A stretch of DNA of 64,000 nucleotides from Vulcanimicrobiales bacterium (GTDB lineage: Bacteria > Vulcanimicrobiota > Vulcanimicrobiia > Vulcanimicrobiales > Vulcanimicrobiaceae): NCBI GenBank assembly GCA_038231455.1, contig JBBRLI010000015.1, positions 12,148-76,147 on the forward strand, given 5' to 3'. The first letter of the stretch is position 1, and each line of letters begins with the position of its first letter. The position numbers were made by a program, and so were the translations under genes. The notes under the pieces were generated by a model, which was given only the letters and a program-made list of their open reading frames with translations, was not told the origin of the DNA and did not search any database. Of this stretch, positions 37,284-47,257 are shown piece after piece.

Positions 37284-37324
37284 GCCTCCGGTCGGTTGCT
37301 TTTCAAGCGTACCCGACCGGAGGC
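37284..37324 (-). promoter_or_regulatory. 12-bp perfect hairpin containing the SD of the STAS gene
   Basis: GCCTCCGGTCGG (37284-37295) / CCGACCGGAGGC (37313-37324). Confidence 0.55.
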
Positions 37325-37335
37325 CATTCGTAACG

Positions 37336-39357
37336 TTAGTAGTACGCGGGCGTTGGGGTCGGGATCGGACCTTGCGAGAGCGAGCCTTGAAAACTCGGGG
37401 TCGAGTCGCTTGCTCGGACCGTCGCGCCGGTCGAAGGCGTGTTGGTTGGCGTAATAAAAACCGTCGCGCCGGAGATCAAACTCAAGGTGAGGGACTGACC
37501 CGGCGTCAGCGTTTGACGGACCACGTTTCCGCTCGCATCGAACGCGGGCTGACTCCCGTTGAACACCTCGGGATTGAGAGGACCGGGTTGAACGATGTTG
37601 CGGATATTGGTCGAAATACGACGTGAATACGTCTGGACCGGCCCGCGTAGCACCAGTTGCGAAGAGAACGCGTAGCGCGGATCGCTCACCGCTTCGGCCG
37701 CGCCGCCGCCGACGTGCACGGCAAGCGCGGTCGCGAACTCTTGGTACACTTGTGCGAACGGCTCGCCGCCCGCGGCTGCGACGACCGGACCGACATCGAC
37801 ACCGCTGAGGCCATTCGATTTCTCGGCATAGACCGCGTGGAGCGCAGCCGATCCGCCGAAGCGGTCGTAGAGATAGCGCATCATCAGATACGAGAAGCCG
37901 TAGTTGCCCGCGTTGTTGTGATAGTAACCGTAGGGCGCCGACGCGCTCGAACTTGCCGGGTCGGGTTGATAACCGCTGAACGAGGTTAACGAGAAGAGAT
38001 TGGGCTCGAGCAGATACGCGCGAACGAAGAGCGGGGATTCCGCCTCTTTGGGATCGCGGCCGTTCCCGACGACGAGATCTTGTGCGAGGACGGAACAGCC
38101 TTCGTCGACGAACGAGTTGTCGATCGTCCCGGCATTTTGGTTGGTGGGATCGACGACGATCTGCTGCAGAAATTTATTGATGTAGTGCAGATAGTGCTGG
38201 TATTCGTGGGCCATCGTCTGCGGCGCGGTTTCTTGTAGGTAGAACGCCTCGTTGTTTGCGGCAAATCCCGGCGAGGGGGTATTGATGTCGCTCGACATCA
38301 CGAACATTTTGAGGTTGTTGACCGCGATCTTTGGCGTGCCGGGGATGCAGTTCGCTTCGGATTGCGAGAGCATATCGGCGCCGAAGAAGTAGCCACCCTC
38401 ACCGGTGCCGGCAAGGGCGTTGGTAATGATGATGTTCATCTGCGGATCGGTTCTGCTCGTGGTGTCGGTGCCGGGATCGGGCGAACCGGTGAGCCGGGTC
38501 GTGTTAGCGTCGCACTCTTGAAACTGAACCGTCGACGTCGTGTAAGCCGAGCCGTATGCCGCAGTTTCGACCGCGTAGTTCTGTTCGAAGAGACTGCCGA
38601 TCTTATCCATGTCAGCTTGCACGCCCGACGGGTACTCTGCGGCATTGGCGTCGCTATCATCGAGCCAGATATTTGCGTGGGCCGTTTGCGTGATGAGATG
38701 CGCGGGCGCCGCGACGACCCCGTTCTTGCATGTGCTCGACGTCGTACCGCTGATGTTGCCGCACTGCAATTGGAACGTGAAGGTCGCGCCGGGCACGAAG
38801 TTCTGCGGTGTCGCTGCGATCTCGCGTGTCGACTGCGTCGAACGTCCGACCGTCGCCGTGCGGCGAATCGTCTGAGCGATCGAGCGCATGCGATCGACGC
38901 TCAGGAGATCGGGTCGCCGCATGGTGTCGGCGTCGCGGACGATCCGCGGTGAGGACGCGATCGCGCGCAAGCGCGACTGTGTCGCCTGTCCGCCGCTCTC
39001 GGTGACGATCAGCGAAGACGTCTGGAGCGTTGCTCCCGCAGAACCGGTTACGCTATCGGGCATCGAGGCGCTCTGCGCTGTGAAGACCGCCGTGTTGGCC
39101 GCATTCGTGACCGTCGAGCCAAACGCACCGCTCCCGCCGCCGAGGATCGTGACGGCCGACGTCGCTGGGACAAAGCCGCCACTAGCGGCCGTTGCAACAG
39201 CGGTCGGCGTTGGCGTCGGGACTGGCGTCGATGTCGGAATCGGGGTGACGATCGGAGGTGCGGCGCTCGAGCCACCCCCGCCGCCGCCTCCGCAAGCTGC
39301 AAGCGTCGCGAGTGCGATCATTCCGGTAGCAACGGTGAGCGAGAGGCGACGATTCAA
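37336..39357 (-). CDS. Lipoprotein with HExxH zinc metallopeptidase domain (M30/hyicolysin-like)
   Basis: Lipobox LAAC, Gly and Pro/Thr linker, GYF, AHEYQH...DEG, YG.SYL..RYLYDRFG. Confidence 0.75.
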   Translation of the reverse strand: MNRRLSLTVATGMIALATLAACGGGGGGGSSAAPPIVTPIPTSTPVPTPTPTAVATAASGGFVPATSAVTILGGGSGAFGSTVTNAANTAVFTAQSASMPDSVTGSAGATLQTSSLIVTESGGQATQSRLRAIASSPRIVRDADTMRRPDLLSVDRMRSIAQTIRRTATVGRSTQSTREIAATPQNFVPGATFTFQLQCGNISGTTSSTCKNGVVAAPAHLITQTAHANIWLDDSDANAAEYPSGVQADMDKIGSLFEQNYAVETAAYGSAYTTSTVQFQECDANTTRLTGSPDPGTDTTSRTDPQMNIIITNALAGTGEGGYFFGADMLSQSEANCIPGTPKIAVNNLKMFVMSSDINTPSPGFAANNEAFYLQETAPQTMAHEYQHYLHYINKFLQQIVVDPTNQNAGTIDNSFVDEGCSVLAQDLVVGNGRDPKEAESPLFVRAYLLEPNLFSLTSFSGYQPDPASSSASAPYGYYHNNAGNYGFSYLMMRYLYDRFGGSAALHAVYAEKSNGLSGVDVGPVVAAAGGEPFAQVYQEFATALAVHVGGGAAEAVSDPRYAFSSQLVLRGPVQTYSRRISTNIRNIVQPGPLNPEVFNGSQPAFDASGNVVRQTLTPGQSLTLSLISGATVFITPTNTPSTGATVRASDSTPSFQGSLSQGPIPTPTPAYY

Positions 39358-40142
39358 GCGGTATCCTCACGTGAGAGCGCGGCATTGCGTCGAAACGCGA
39401 GGCCGCCATTATGGCGGGTCACTTCGACTTCGACCGAATACGCCCGCTTGATCGCGTTGCTCGTGAACACATCGGCCGGTATTCCCGTTGCGATGAGGCC
39501 GCCTGCTCCCAAGAGGGCGATGCGGTCGGCATAGTCTGCTGCTTCTTCGAGCAAGTGTAAAACCGCGATGACGATCTTTCCGCTGCGTGCGAGTTCGCGC
39601 GCCAGTTCCAAGACCTCCAGAGCGTAACGCACGTCGAGGTGGCTGGTCGGTTCGTCGAGCAAGAGAACATCGGCGTCCTGCGCCAGGCCAACGGCAATCC
39701 ACACGCGTTGGCGCTCGCCCGCCGAGAGCGTCGCGAGTTCGCGGCCCGCAAGATGCGCGATACCGACTTGCGCGAGCGCGCGAGCGACAGCCTCGCCGTC
39801 GGATTCCTTGGCCGTCCATTCCCACCACCGGTGGTGCGGGTAGCGCGCGTTTTCAACCGCCTCGCGGACGCTGAGGGATTCGAGCGCATTCGACGTGCTC
39901 TCGATAAACGCGATGCGCGTTGCGCGCGTGCGCGCATCCAGGCTCGCGAGCGGCACGCCGTCGAGTTCGAGCGTTCCGCCGGCGAGCGGAAGAATGCCGG
40001 CGATCGATGCGAGTAGCGTCGTTTTGCCGACCCCATTTGCACCCATGAGGGCGAGGACCTCACCGCGACGCGCTTCGAAGGCGACGTGTTCGAGCAGTGC
40101 GCAGGGACCACGGGCGATACGCGCGTCGCGAAGCGCCAGCAT
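39354..40142 (-). CDS. Cobalamin/Fe-siderophore ABC ATP-binding protein (BtuD/FecE-like)
   Basis: GANGVGKT, LSAGERQRVWIA, LLDEPTSHLD. Confidence 0.9.
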   Translation of the reverse strand: MLALRDARIARGPCALLEHVAFEARRGEVLALMGANGVGKTTLLASIAGILPLAGGTLELDGVPLASLDARTRATRIAFIESTSNALESLSVREAVENARYPHHRWWEWTAKESDGEAVARALAQVGIAHLAGRELATLSAGERQRVWIAVGLAQDADVLLLDEPTSHLDVRYALEVLELARELARSGKIVIAVLHLLEEAADYADRIALLGAGGLIATGIPADVFTSNAIKRAYSVEVEVTRHNGGLAFRRNAALSREDTA

Positions 40143-41129
40143 CTAGGCGTACGACCGGGTTGCGCCGCGCAGATACAAATACAGAAACGTCGGCACGCCG
40201 ATGAATGCGAGCAGCACGCCGAGCGGAATTTCAACCGGTGCGATGAGCGAACGACTCGCTGCATCGGCGACGATCACTAGTTCCGCGCCGAGGAACGCTG
40301 CGGCAGGCAACATGACGCGGAGATCGTTTCCGACGATGCGGCGCGCCAGATGCGGCACGATCAGGCCGACGAACCCGACCATCCCCGCAAGTGCAACGGC
40401 CGCTGCGGTCAAGAGCGAGGCTGCTGCGAGGAGCGCCCACTGCACGCGATTGACATCGACGCCGAGGGCTGCTGCGCGTCGTTCGCCCAAGCGCAAGACG
40501 TTGAGTGCGGGAACGAAGATGAACGCGATTGCGGCACCTACGATCGCGTATGGCGCGGAGGCGAGGAGTTCGCTCCACCCGCGACCGGCGAGCGAGCCGG
40601 CGAGCCACGCGAGGATCGCATCGCTCGAACCGCCGCGTGCGAGTCGCGTGAGTACGAGCGCGACGATCGCCGCAAAGAGCGCCGAGAGCGAGACGCCGGC
40701 GAGAATCAAGCGCTCGGCATCGAGTCCGGTCCCGCGGCGTGCGAGGATGGCAACGAGGATCGCGGTCGCGAGCCCCGCGGCAAAACCGATTGCCGGAACG
40801 ACCGGAAGCGCAACGCCGAGCGTGACGGCGATTGCGATCGCAGCGCCCGCCCCGGAACTCACGCCGGTAAGATACGGATCGACCAGCGGATTGCGTAACA
40901 TCGCCTGCATGATCGTGCCGGCGATCCCAAGGCACGCGCCGACCGCGGCTGCTAGTGCCAAGCGCGGAACGCGTAACGCCCAAACGATGGTATTGGTATC
41001 GCCGCGCGCGTGCGGGTGGGCGAGCGCAGCGAGCAAATCGTTCGGTGCGATCGCCGCGCCGCCCACTCCGGCCCCGATCGCAAGCACGAACGGAACGAGC
41101 GCGGCGATGACGACGAGCCGCATGATCAT
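40143..41129 (-). CDS. FecCD/BtuC-family ABC permease
   Basis: LRVPR, RNPLVDPYLTGVSSGA, GFVGLIVPH, EIPLG; TAGGCT 6 nt upstream of ATG. Confidence 0.92.
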   Translation of the reverse strand: MIMRLVVIAALVPFVLAIGAGVGGAAIAPNDLLAALAHPHARGDTNTIVWALRVPRLALAAAVGACLGIAGTIMQAMLRNPLVDPYLTGVSSGAGAAIAIAVTLGVALPVVPAIGFAAGLATAILVAILARRGTGLDAERLILAGVSLSALFAAIVALVLTRLARGGSSDAILAWLAGSLAGRGWSELLASAPYAIVGAAIAFIFVPALNVLRLGERRAAALGVDVNRVQWALLAAASLLTAAAVALAGMVGFVGLIVPHLARRIVGNDLRVMLPAAAFLGAELVIVADAASRSLIAPVEIPLGVLLAFIGVPTFLYLYLRGATRSYA

Positions 41130-41188
41130 CGTTCGAGCCTACCGTCCAAGAGGCGTCGAGTCCTCGTTTCGGCAACGCTATCCGGCTG

Positions 41189-42013
41189 ATGTTCTTCTGG
41201 TTCCGCCCGCTTGCCGGCCTCATCGCGGCGCTCGCCCTGCTCGGTGCGGCGCCTGTTCCCGCCCATCGCATCGTTTCGCTCATCCCCTCGCTGACCGAAG
41301 ATCTCTTCGCGATCGGCGCAGGCCCACTGGTCGTCGGCGTCTCGGCATTTACCGACTATCCCGCGGCGGCGAAGGCCCTGCCGGTTGTGAATTCGTTTTC
41401 GTCCGTGCAGACCGAGCGCGTCGTTGGTCTGCATCCGGATTTAGTGGTGGGTATTTCCTCGCAGCAAAATCTGGCCGCGGATATTGCGAAGACGGGTATT
41501 CGAACCGAACTCCTGAGCGACGATTCGTACGATGACATTTTTCGCAATCTCGAACGTTTGGGTTCGCTAAGCGGCCGGCGCACGCAAGCCGATGCGCTCG
41601 TGCGGACGCTTCACGCGCAAGCCGCGGCGCTCGCACATCCGAATTCGCGCGGGCCGACGTGTTTTGTTGTGCTCGGTGTCGCACCGATCTTCACGGTCGG
41701 CAATACCTCGTATATCGCGAAGCTTATCGAGCTTGCCGGCGGACGCAATGCCGCAAACGACGTGCACGATGCGTACGCGCGCTACAGCGCAGAGGCACTC
41801 GTAGCTCGACAGCCCGATATCCTGATCGTCGATCCGATGGCGGGTGTCGTGCCGGTGCTCGACCGGGCGCCTTGGAATGGCTTGCGTGCCGTCCGCGAGC
41901 ATCGCGTTTACGTGTTGCGCGACCCGGCGATTCTCGAGCGACCGGGTCCGCGATTCGTCGATGGACTGCGCTGGCTCGTCGCTACGCTCAAGAAGTCGCA
42001 TGACCGCGCGTAG
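41189..42013 (+). CDS. Cobalamin/Fe-complex substrate-binding protein (BtuF-like)
   Basis: RIVSLIPSLTEDLFAIGAG, TDYP, AGGRN, ERPGPR motifs. Confidence 0.85.
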   Translation: MFFWFRPLAGLIAALALLGAAPVPAHRIVSLIPSLTEDLFAIGAGPLVVGVSAFTDYPAAAKALPVVNSFSSVQTERVVGLHPDLVVGISSQQNLAADIAKTGIRTELLSDDSYDDIFRNLERLGSLSGRRTQADALVRTLHAQAAALAHPNSRGPTCFVVLGVAPIFTVGNTSYIAKLIELAGGRNAANDVHDAYARYSAEALVARQPDILIVDPMAGVVPVLDRAPWNGLRAVREHRVYVLRDPAILERPGPRFVDGLRWLVATLKKSHDRA

Positions 42014-43100
42014 TCATTCGACGCAGCCGCTGCCGCAGCGCGCGCTTGTCGTTGCCGTCGACATCGGCGATCCCTCGCTCTTGCCGCAGCTCGAGGAGTT
42101 CAAAGCGCTTGCGAGCGCGTCGGGTTTGCACGTGATCGGCGAGGTCATCCAAAAACTCGCACATGTCGATGCCAGCACGCTTGTCGGAAGCGGCAAAGCC
42201 GCGGAAATTGCGGAGCGCGCGAAAGAAGAAAATGCCGATCTGCTGCTCGTGTATAACGATCTTCGGCCGCGCCAGCGCAACAATCTCGAGAAGATCGTGC
42301 CGCTTCCGATCGTCGACCGCACGATGCTGATTCTTGACGTCTTTGCCCTCCACGCGCGCAGCCGCGAGGGCAAGTTGCAAGTGGAGCTAGCGCAGCTACG
42401 CTACCGCCAATCCAACCTCATCGGTGCGGGTGCTGCGCTCTCGCGGCTTGGCGGCGGTGTTGGAACGCGCGGTCCCGGCGAGACGAAACTGGAAGTCGAC
42501 CGCCGGAAAATTCAACAGCGCGTAACGCTGCTCAATCGCCAACTCGATGATGTGCGTCGGCAACGCGAGACGCGCCGCGCCGGTCGCGGCGGCGAATCGC
42601 TCGTCGCGCTCGTCGGATATACGAACGTTGGAAAATCGTCCTTGCTCAATCGCCTTGCCGGCATCGGTGCCGACCGCGCGAACGCCGCCTTCGTCGCCGA
42701 CCAACCCTTTGCGACACTCGATCCGACGCTCCGCCGCGTGTACGTCGGTGATAGCCGCAGCGTGCGTATGGCGGATACCGTTGGCTTCATCACCGCGCTT
42801 CCAAAAGAGTTGATGAATGCGTTCCGCGCGACGCTCGAAGAACTCAGCGAAGCCGATCTCCTCGTCCACGTTCTCGATGCCTCGAATCCCGATTGGGCGC
42901 GTCAGCGGGCGAGCGTCGATGCGATTCTGACCGAGCTCAAACTCGAAGAAAAGCCCACGATCATCATCTTCAATAAAGTCGACCGGCTCGATGAGGCCGC
43001 GCGACACGCGCTCGTGGGCGTCGGCGCAATCGAAGTATCGGCTGCAAGCGGCGTGGGTCTGGATCAGCTCCGGGCGGCGATCGCGGAGCGTCTCGGGTGA
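42000..43100 (+). CDS. hflX: Ribosome-splitting GTPase HflX
   Basis: GSGKA.E, EGKLQVELAQL, TRGPGETKLE.DRR, GYTNVGKS, FATLDPT, DTVGF, NKVD. Confidence 0.95.
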   Translation: MTARSHSTQPLPQRALVVAVDIGDPSLLPQLEEFKALASASGLHVIGEVIQKLAHVDASTLVGSGKAAEIAERAKEENADLLLVYNDLRPRQRNNLEKIVPLPIVDRTMLILDVFALHARSREGKLQVELAQLRYRQSNLIGAGAALSRLGGGVGTRGPGETKLEVDRRKIQQRVTLLNRQLDDVRRQRETRRAGRGGESLVALVGYTNVGKSSLLNRLAGIGADRANAAFVADQPFATLDPTLRRVYVGDSRSVRMADTVGFITALPKELMNAFRATLEELSEADLLVHVLDASNPDWARQRASVDAILTELKLEEKPTIIIFNKVDRLDEAARHALVGVGAIEVSAASGVGLDQLRAAIAERLG

Positions 43101-43804
43101 CGCGCCGGATTGCGGCGGCGCTCGCCGTTCTCGGTCTTGCGGCATGCGCGTCGAGCGCACGCGAAGCGCACCCGGGCGACCTCTTTACCGCCGACTACAC
43201 CAAGCTGCACGCGGCGGTCGTCTACTTCAAGATGAAAATCCCATCGGACGATGCGAAGCGAAAAAAAGCCGGACTGCGCGACGATGCGTACGGCAGCGGT
43301 TTCGTGATCGAAAGCGGTGCGTGGGGTTCGCGCATTCTCACCGACGCTCACGTCGTTGCCGATGCCACACAGGTAACGGCGACGATCGGCGATCGTCACA
43401 CGGCCTCCGCTCGCGTCGTCGCGACAAGCGGCGACGACGACGATCTTGCAATCGTGTTCGTCCCCCTCGCAAACGAAGCGACGGTAACGCTCGGTCATGC
43501 AAGCGGTCTCATCCCCGGCACGCAAGTGGGCGTACTCGGCTATCCAATTCCTGACGCGTTTCTCGATGAAGGCCTAGGCACCGTCGTTTCGCTCTATACG
43601 GGACGACTCTCGAGCGTGCGCAAGAACGCGCTCGAACTCGATCTGCCGATCATCCCGGGCGAGAGCGGAGGACCGGTCTTCGAGGCATCGAGCGGCGAAG
43701 TGATCGGCGTTGCGGAGTCACGCTTCGATGAAGAGCGAGCGATCGGATTTGCGACGCCCGTGGAGACGATCCGCGCCTTTCTCGCCGCTCACCCGCGCTT
43801 GTAA
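43097..43804 (+). CDS. Trypsin-like (S1C) serine protease lipoprotein lacking PDZ
   Basis: Lipobox LAAC; GSGF, TDAHVV, DLA, PGESGGP catalytic triad. Confidence 0.88.
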   Translation: MTRRIAAALAVLGLAACASSAREAHPGDLFTADYTKLHAAVVYFKMKIPSDDAKRKKAGLRDDAYGSGFVIESGAWGSRILTDAHVVADATQVTATIGDRHTASARVVATSGDDDDLAIVFVPLANEATVTLGHASGLIPGTQVGVLGYPIPDAFLDEGLGTVVSLYTGRLSSVRKNALELDLPIIPGESGGPVFEASSGEVIGVAESRFDEERAIGFATPVETIRAFLAAHPRL

Positions 43805-44212
43805 CTACGCTCCGTTGAAATCCACGAAATAACTGTACGCGCCCGGGATCGGATGACAGTCGCGGATCTCCGGCACGAACGTCGTCGCGAGTGCTGCATC
43901 GACCGCGGCTTGGCGCAAGAGAACCGGACCTGACACCGCGCTTGCCTCGGTGACACCGCCGTTCGCTCGCACGGTAACGAGAACCTCAACCGTGCCGGTG
44001 ACGCCGTCGGCCGCGGCGAGTGCGGGAATAACCGGCCGCACGGCATTGACCGCGTGCGCGGCGCGATAGTGCGCGTAACACGGTTTCGGCTTCACTTGCT
44101 TACGAACGAGCGTATGCCGGATCTGATGGCCGGAGCTTGCTGCACTTGCGTCACTCGCAAATGCAAGCAATGCGCTCGCAATTCCAACCGTCAGTCCGAG
44201 CGCGCGTATCAT
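43805..44212 (-). CDS. Exported TonB C-terminal-domain protein
   Basis: P..P..A...GVTGTVEVLVTVRANG...SG..LL..AAVDAA; signal peptide; no long Pro-rich spacer. Confidence 0.75.
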   Translation of the reverse strand: MIRALGLTVGIASALLAFASDASAASSGHQIRHTLVRKQVKPKPCYAHYRAAHAVNAVRPVIPALAAADGVTGTVEVLVTVRANGGVTEASAVSGPVLLRQAAVDAALATTFVPEIRDCHPIPGAYSYFVDFNGA

Positions 44213-44217
44213 TCATG

Positions 44218-45348
44218 TTATGTACCCGCAGAACGAGCCGCGTCACGCGCATCGAGCGTCTCCTTGACAATGCTCGGTAAAGAAACCGCGTGCGAATTTT
44301 TGAGTGACGAGCGGTCGCCGACCCACTGTGCGGGCGGTATACGCCACCAGCGAGCCATCGCGTTGAGCGAGCCCGCATACGTGCGACGCGTCTCGCTAAA
44401 GAGCTGCCAAGCGCGGTCTCGATCGCTTACGAGCGTCACGCCGGATGCGGCGAGTCGGTCGAGAACCAGATCGAACTCACCTCGCTCGACACCGATTTCA
44501 TCGCTCTTCGGAAGACCGAAATAATGTGCGAAATCTTTGACCAGGTGCCGACCGAGGGCGTTCGTTAGTCGCGCTTCTCCGACGCTATCGGCATCGAAAC
44601 ACGTGATCGCAAGTGTCGATGCATCGAGCAACGTCCCAATCGCCGCAACCCACGACTCGTAGTCGTGACTCGAGCGAAAGTAGGTCAAGACGGGATACGA
44701 GAGATGGCTCTCCATGAGTTGCGCCATCCAGCGCTGACCCTCGCGCAAGAACTCGGGCAGCGATTCGGTAAGCCCGAGGCGCAAGACGGTTTCGATGAAC
44801 GTCACGCCCGAAGGTGGTGAACCCGCGCGCGTGCCCAGCAGCACGACGAAAACCTCGCGCGCTTGAAACTGCTGCAAGACCGAGTACAAGAACGTCGTCA
44901 CGACGGCGACGACCGCGAAGCCCGTCGCACCGGCCGTGATGGAGAAAAGACGCGCCCATCCGCTCGTTGCGACGATGTCGCCAAATCCGATCGTGATGAG
45001 TGAAGTCCCCGCAAAGTAGAGCGCCGAGGGGAAATCGGTGATGCCTTTGATGCCGTCCCGCATGCCGTAGAAGATCAGACCGTAGGCGCAGACGAGCAGG
45101 ACGACCCACATGCCCAAGAGCGAGACCAGGAGCAACGGAGCGTAAATTCCAAGGAAATCTTCGCGCACGTCGTTGTTGCGCACGCGCATCAGAACGGAAC
45201 TCCACGCGCGCCAGCCCCAGCGTGATACCCATGCGCTCGGACGGAGAGCGCGGCTCGCGGGCCGCGGGACGATGACGGATTCGAAAACATCGGCCATCAC
45301 GACGATTGCGACGATGATGCCGCAAGCGACGAAGAATTTGTCGAGCAT
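44218..45348 (-). CDS. Potassium channel family protein
   Basis: Pore helix and filter ALYFAGTSLITIGFGDIV; C-terminal ESH..YPVL.YFRS domain. Confidence 0.85.
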   Translation of the reverse strand: MLDKFFVACGIIVAIVVMADVFESVIVPRPASRALRPSAWVSRWGWRAWSSVLMRVRNNDVREDFLGIYAPLLLVSLLGMWVVLLVCAYGLIFYGMRDGIKGITDFPSALYFAGTSLITIGFGDIVATSGWARLFSITAGATGFAVVAVVTTFLYSVLQQFQAREVFVVLLGTRAGSPPSGVTFIETVLRLGLTESLPEFLREGQRWMAQLMESHLSYPVLTYFRSSHDYESWVAAIGTLLDASTLAITCFDADSVGEARLTNALGRHLVKDFAHYFGLPKSDEIGVERGEFDLVLDRLAASGVTLVSDRDRAWQLFSETRRTYAGSLNAMARWWRIPPAQWVGDRSSLKNSHAVSLPSIVKETLDARDAARSAGT

Positions 45349-45405
45349 CTACCGCGCACAAAACATCGGCAGGGAGTTTGTTTGCTCTCCCGTAGCGCGG
45401 AGCGC

Positions 45406-45954
45406 ATGATCGTTTTGATCACCGGCGGTGTCCGGTCGGGAAAAAGTGCACTCGCCGCCGCGCGCGCAACCGCACTCGGCGGCGCGGTCACGTACATCGC
45501 GACCGCGGGCGTCGATCCCGCCGATGCCGAGTTTGTCGAACGGGTGGCGCGGCACCGCCGCGACCGTCCGGGGTCGTGGCGCTCGGTCGAACCGTCGCCA
45601 AGGGTCCTGCCCGCGTTGATCGGTCAGCTCGGCCCAAACGACGTCGCGATCGTCGATTCGGTCGGCACCTGGGTGAGCACGACCATGCTTGCCTTCGAGG
45701 AACAGGCCGACCGCGATCCCGTCGGCGCGCTCGACGCCCTCGAAGCGTTGGTGGGCGACTTCCCCGATATCTGCGCCAAAAGCCCCGCGACCCTATTCCT
45801 GGTCACCGAAGAAGTGGGTCTCGGGGTCGTTCCCGCAAGCGCCATGGGCCGAATTTTTCGCGACGCCTTGGGCCGACTCAATGCGGCTCTTGCGGCCCGC
45901 GCCGATCAGGTCGTCTTGATGGTCGCAGGGATACCCCTTGCGATCAAAGGCTAA
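45406..45954 (+). CDS. cobU: Bifunctional adenosylcobinamide kinase / adenosylcobinamide-phosphate guanylyltransferase
   Basis: GGVRSGKS, YIAT, RVARHRRDRP..W, EVGLGVVP, FRD.LGRLN, MVAGIP. Confidence 0.92.
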   Translation: MIVLITGGVRSGKSALAAARATALGGAVTYIATAGVDPADAEFVERVARHRRDRPGSWRSVEPSPRVLPALIGQLGPNDVAIVDSVGTWVSTTMLAFEEQADRDPVGALDALEALVGDFPDICAKSPATLFLVTEEVGLGVVPASAMGRIFRDALGRLNAALAARADQVVLMVAGIPLAIKG

Positions 45955-46310
45955 ATCCCGATCGGGTTGAGGCGGATGTAGCCGCCGTCGCCGGCCTGGG
46001 TCTGCTGATCTTTAACAACTTGTACTTGCTGCGTATAGATATCGTAGCCGGTCACGTTGACCGTGATGGTCTGCGTCCCAATCGGGATGTTGCGCAGATC
46101 GAAGCCACCTTGGTTTGAGGTATTGAGCTGGGTCGCTGCAGCCCCAATCGAGACGAGCCCCGAGGTAACCGGCTGGCCGGTCTTGGCGTTGAGGACGCGG
46201 CCGGCGACGTCGCCGAAGTCCTGGACGCCGCCGCCATTGGGGTTCGAACACGCCGCCAGCGTGAGAAGCAGGGCTCCGGTTACGGCCATGAAGCGGCCTC
46301 GCGTTGGCAT
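45951..46310 (-). CDS. Lipoprotein with carboxypeptidase-regulatory-like (prealbumin-fold) domain
   Basis: Lipobox LAAC; GRVLNAKTGQPV, GGFDLRNIPIGTQTITV..GY; GGAG upstream. Confidence 0.75.
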   Translation of the reverse strand: MPTRGRFMAVTGALLLTLAACSNPNGGGVQDFGDVAGRVLNAKTGQPVTSGLVSIGAAATQLNTSNQGGFDLRNIPIGTQTITVNVTGYDIYTQQVQVVKDQQTQAGDGGYIRLNPIGI

Positions 46311-46358
46311 GGTCAGTGCTACTCCTTTTGTCGCTTCAGTCGAAGCGAAAGCTTCTTT

Positions 46359-46372
46359 ATATGCGCGCATAT
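46359..46372. promoter_or_regulatory. Perfect 14-bp palindrome ATATGCGCGCATAT in the nuoA divergent promoter region
   Basis: Palindrome read directly in an AT-enriched intergenic region. Confidence 0.45.
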
Positions 46373-46415
46373 TGGATAGGGACCACTTCCTACTTTGTGA
46401 AAACGCCATACACAC

Positions 46416-46769
46416 ATGACGCCTTATGGTCCCGTAGCGATTTACTTGGCCGTCGCCGTCGCAGCATCGCTTTTGTTCACGGTTCTGCCGGGCCTGATGG
46501 CTCGGAAGAAACCGAACGCGACGAAGAGCGAAGCATACGAATGCGGCGTCGAACCGACCTCTGATGTGTCCGGTCGTTTTCCGGTCCGCTTCTATCTTGT
46601 CGCGATGCTCTTCGTGATTTTCGACGTCGAAGCAGCGTCGTTCTACCCGTGGGCGGTGCAGATGCACGCACTCCGCGCGTACGGCCTCTTCGAAATGGTC
46701 GTCTTCGTGGCGGTGCTCGCGGTCGGCTATGCGTACGTGTGGAAGCGAGGCGGTTTTCAGTGGAGATAA
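46416..46769 (+). CDS. nuoA: NADH-quinone oxidoreductase subunit A
   Basis: [23 protein letters not shown]. Confidence 0.95.
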   Translation: MTPYGPVAIYLAVAVAASLLFTVLPGLMARKKPNATKSEAYECGVEPTSDVSGRFPVRFYLVAMLFVIFDVEAASFYPWAVQMHALRAYGLFEMVVFVAVLAVGYAYVWKRGGFQWR

Positions 46770-47242
46770 TCCCGGGCCAGCAATTTTTGCTCGGCAAGGT
46801 CGATGATGTTGCGCGCTGGGCGCAAGCCTCGAGCGTCTGGCCGCTGACGATGGGCCTGGCCTGCTGCGCGATCGAGATGATGACGGCGACCGCGCCCGAG
46901 TACGACATCGCGCGTTTAGGCTCCGAAGTCTTTCGCGCCTCGCCGCGTCAGGCCGATCTGATGATCGTCTCGGGTCGCGTCGCGCGCAAAATGGCGCCGA
47001 TCATCAAACGGCTCTACGACCAGATGGCCGATCCCAAGTGGGTTATCTCGATGGGTGCGTGCGCCAGTTCCGGCGGCGTATTCGACAACTATGCCATCGT
47101 CCAGGGCGTCGATACGATTATCCCGGTCGATGTCTACGTCCCCGGTTGCCCCCCGACGCCCGACGGCTTGCTGTATGCGGTGAACCTCATCCAACAGCAA
47201 ATCCGCCAAGGCGGACGCGGCGGCATCCTCGCTCGCGCTTAA
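46760..47242 (+). CDS. nuoB: NADH-quinone oxidoreductase subunit B
   Basis: [32 protein letters not shown] start overlapping nuoA. Confidence 0.95.
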   Translation: MEIIPGQQFLLGKVDDVARWAQASSVWPLTMGLACCAIEMMTATAPEYDIARLGSEVFRASPRQADLMIVSGRVARKMAPIIKRLYDQMADPKWVISMGACASSGGVFDNYAIVQGVDTIIPVDVYVPGCPPTPDGLLYAVNLIQQQIRQGGRGGILARA

Positions 47243-47257
47243 TTTCCGGAGTCAGCG

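Noticed and set aside
39200-39295. Tandem repeats in the lipoprotein gene
   Set aside because: Ordinary Gly and Pro/Thr linker coding, not a DNA-level repeat element.
46395-46412. Rex operator upstream of nuoA
   Set aside because: Only the left half-site TTGTGAA matches; the right half does not resemble TTCACAA.
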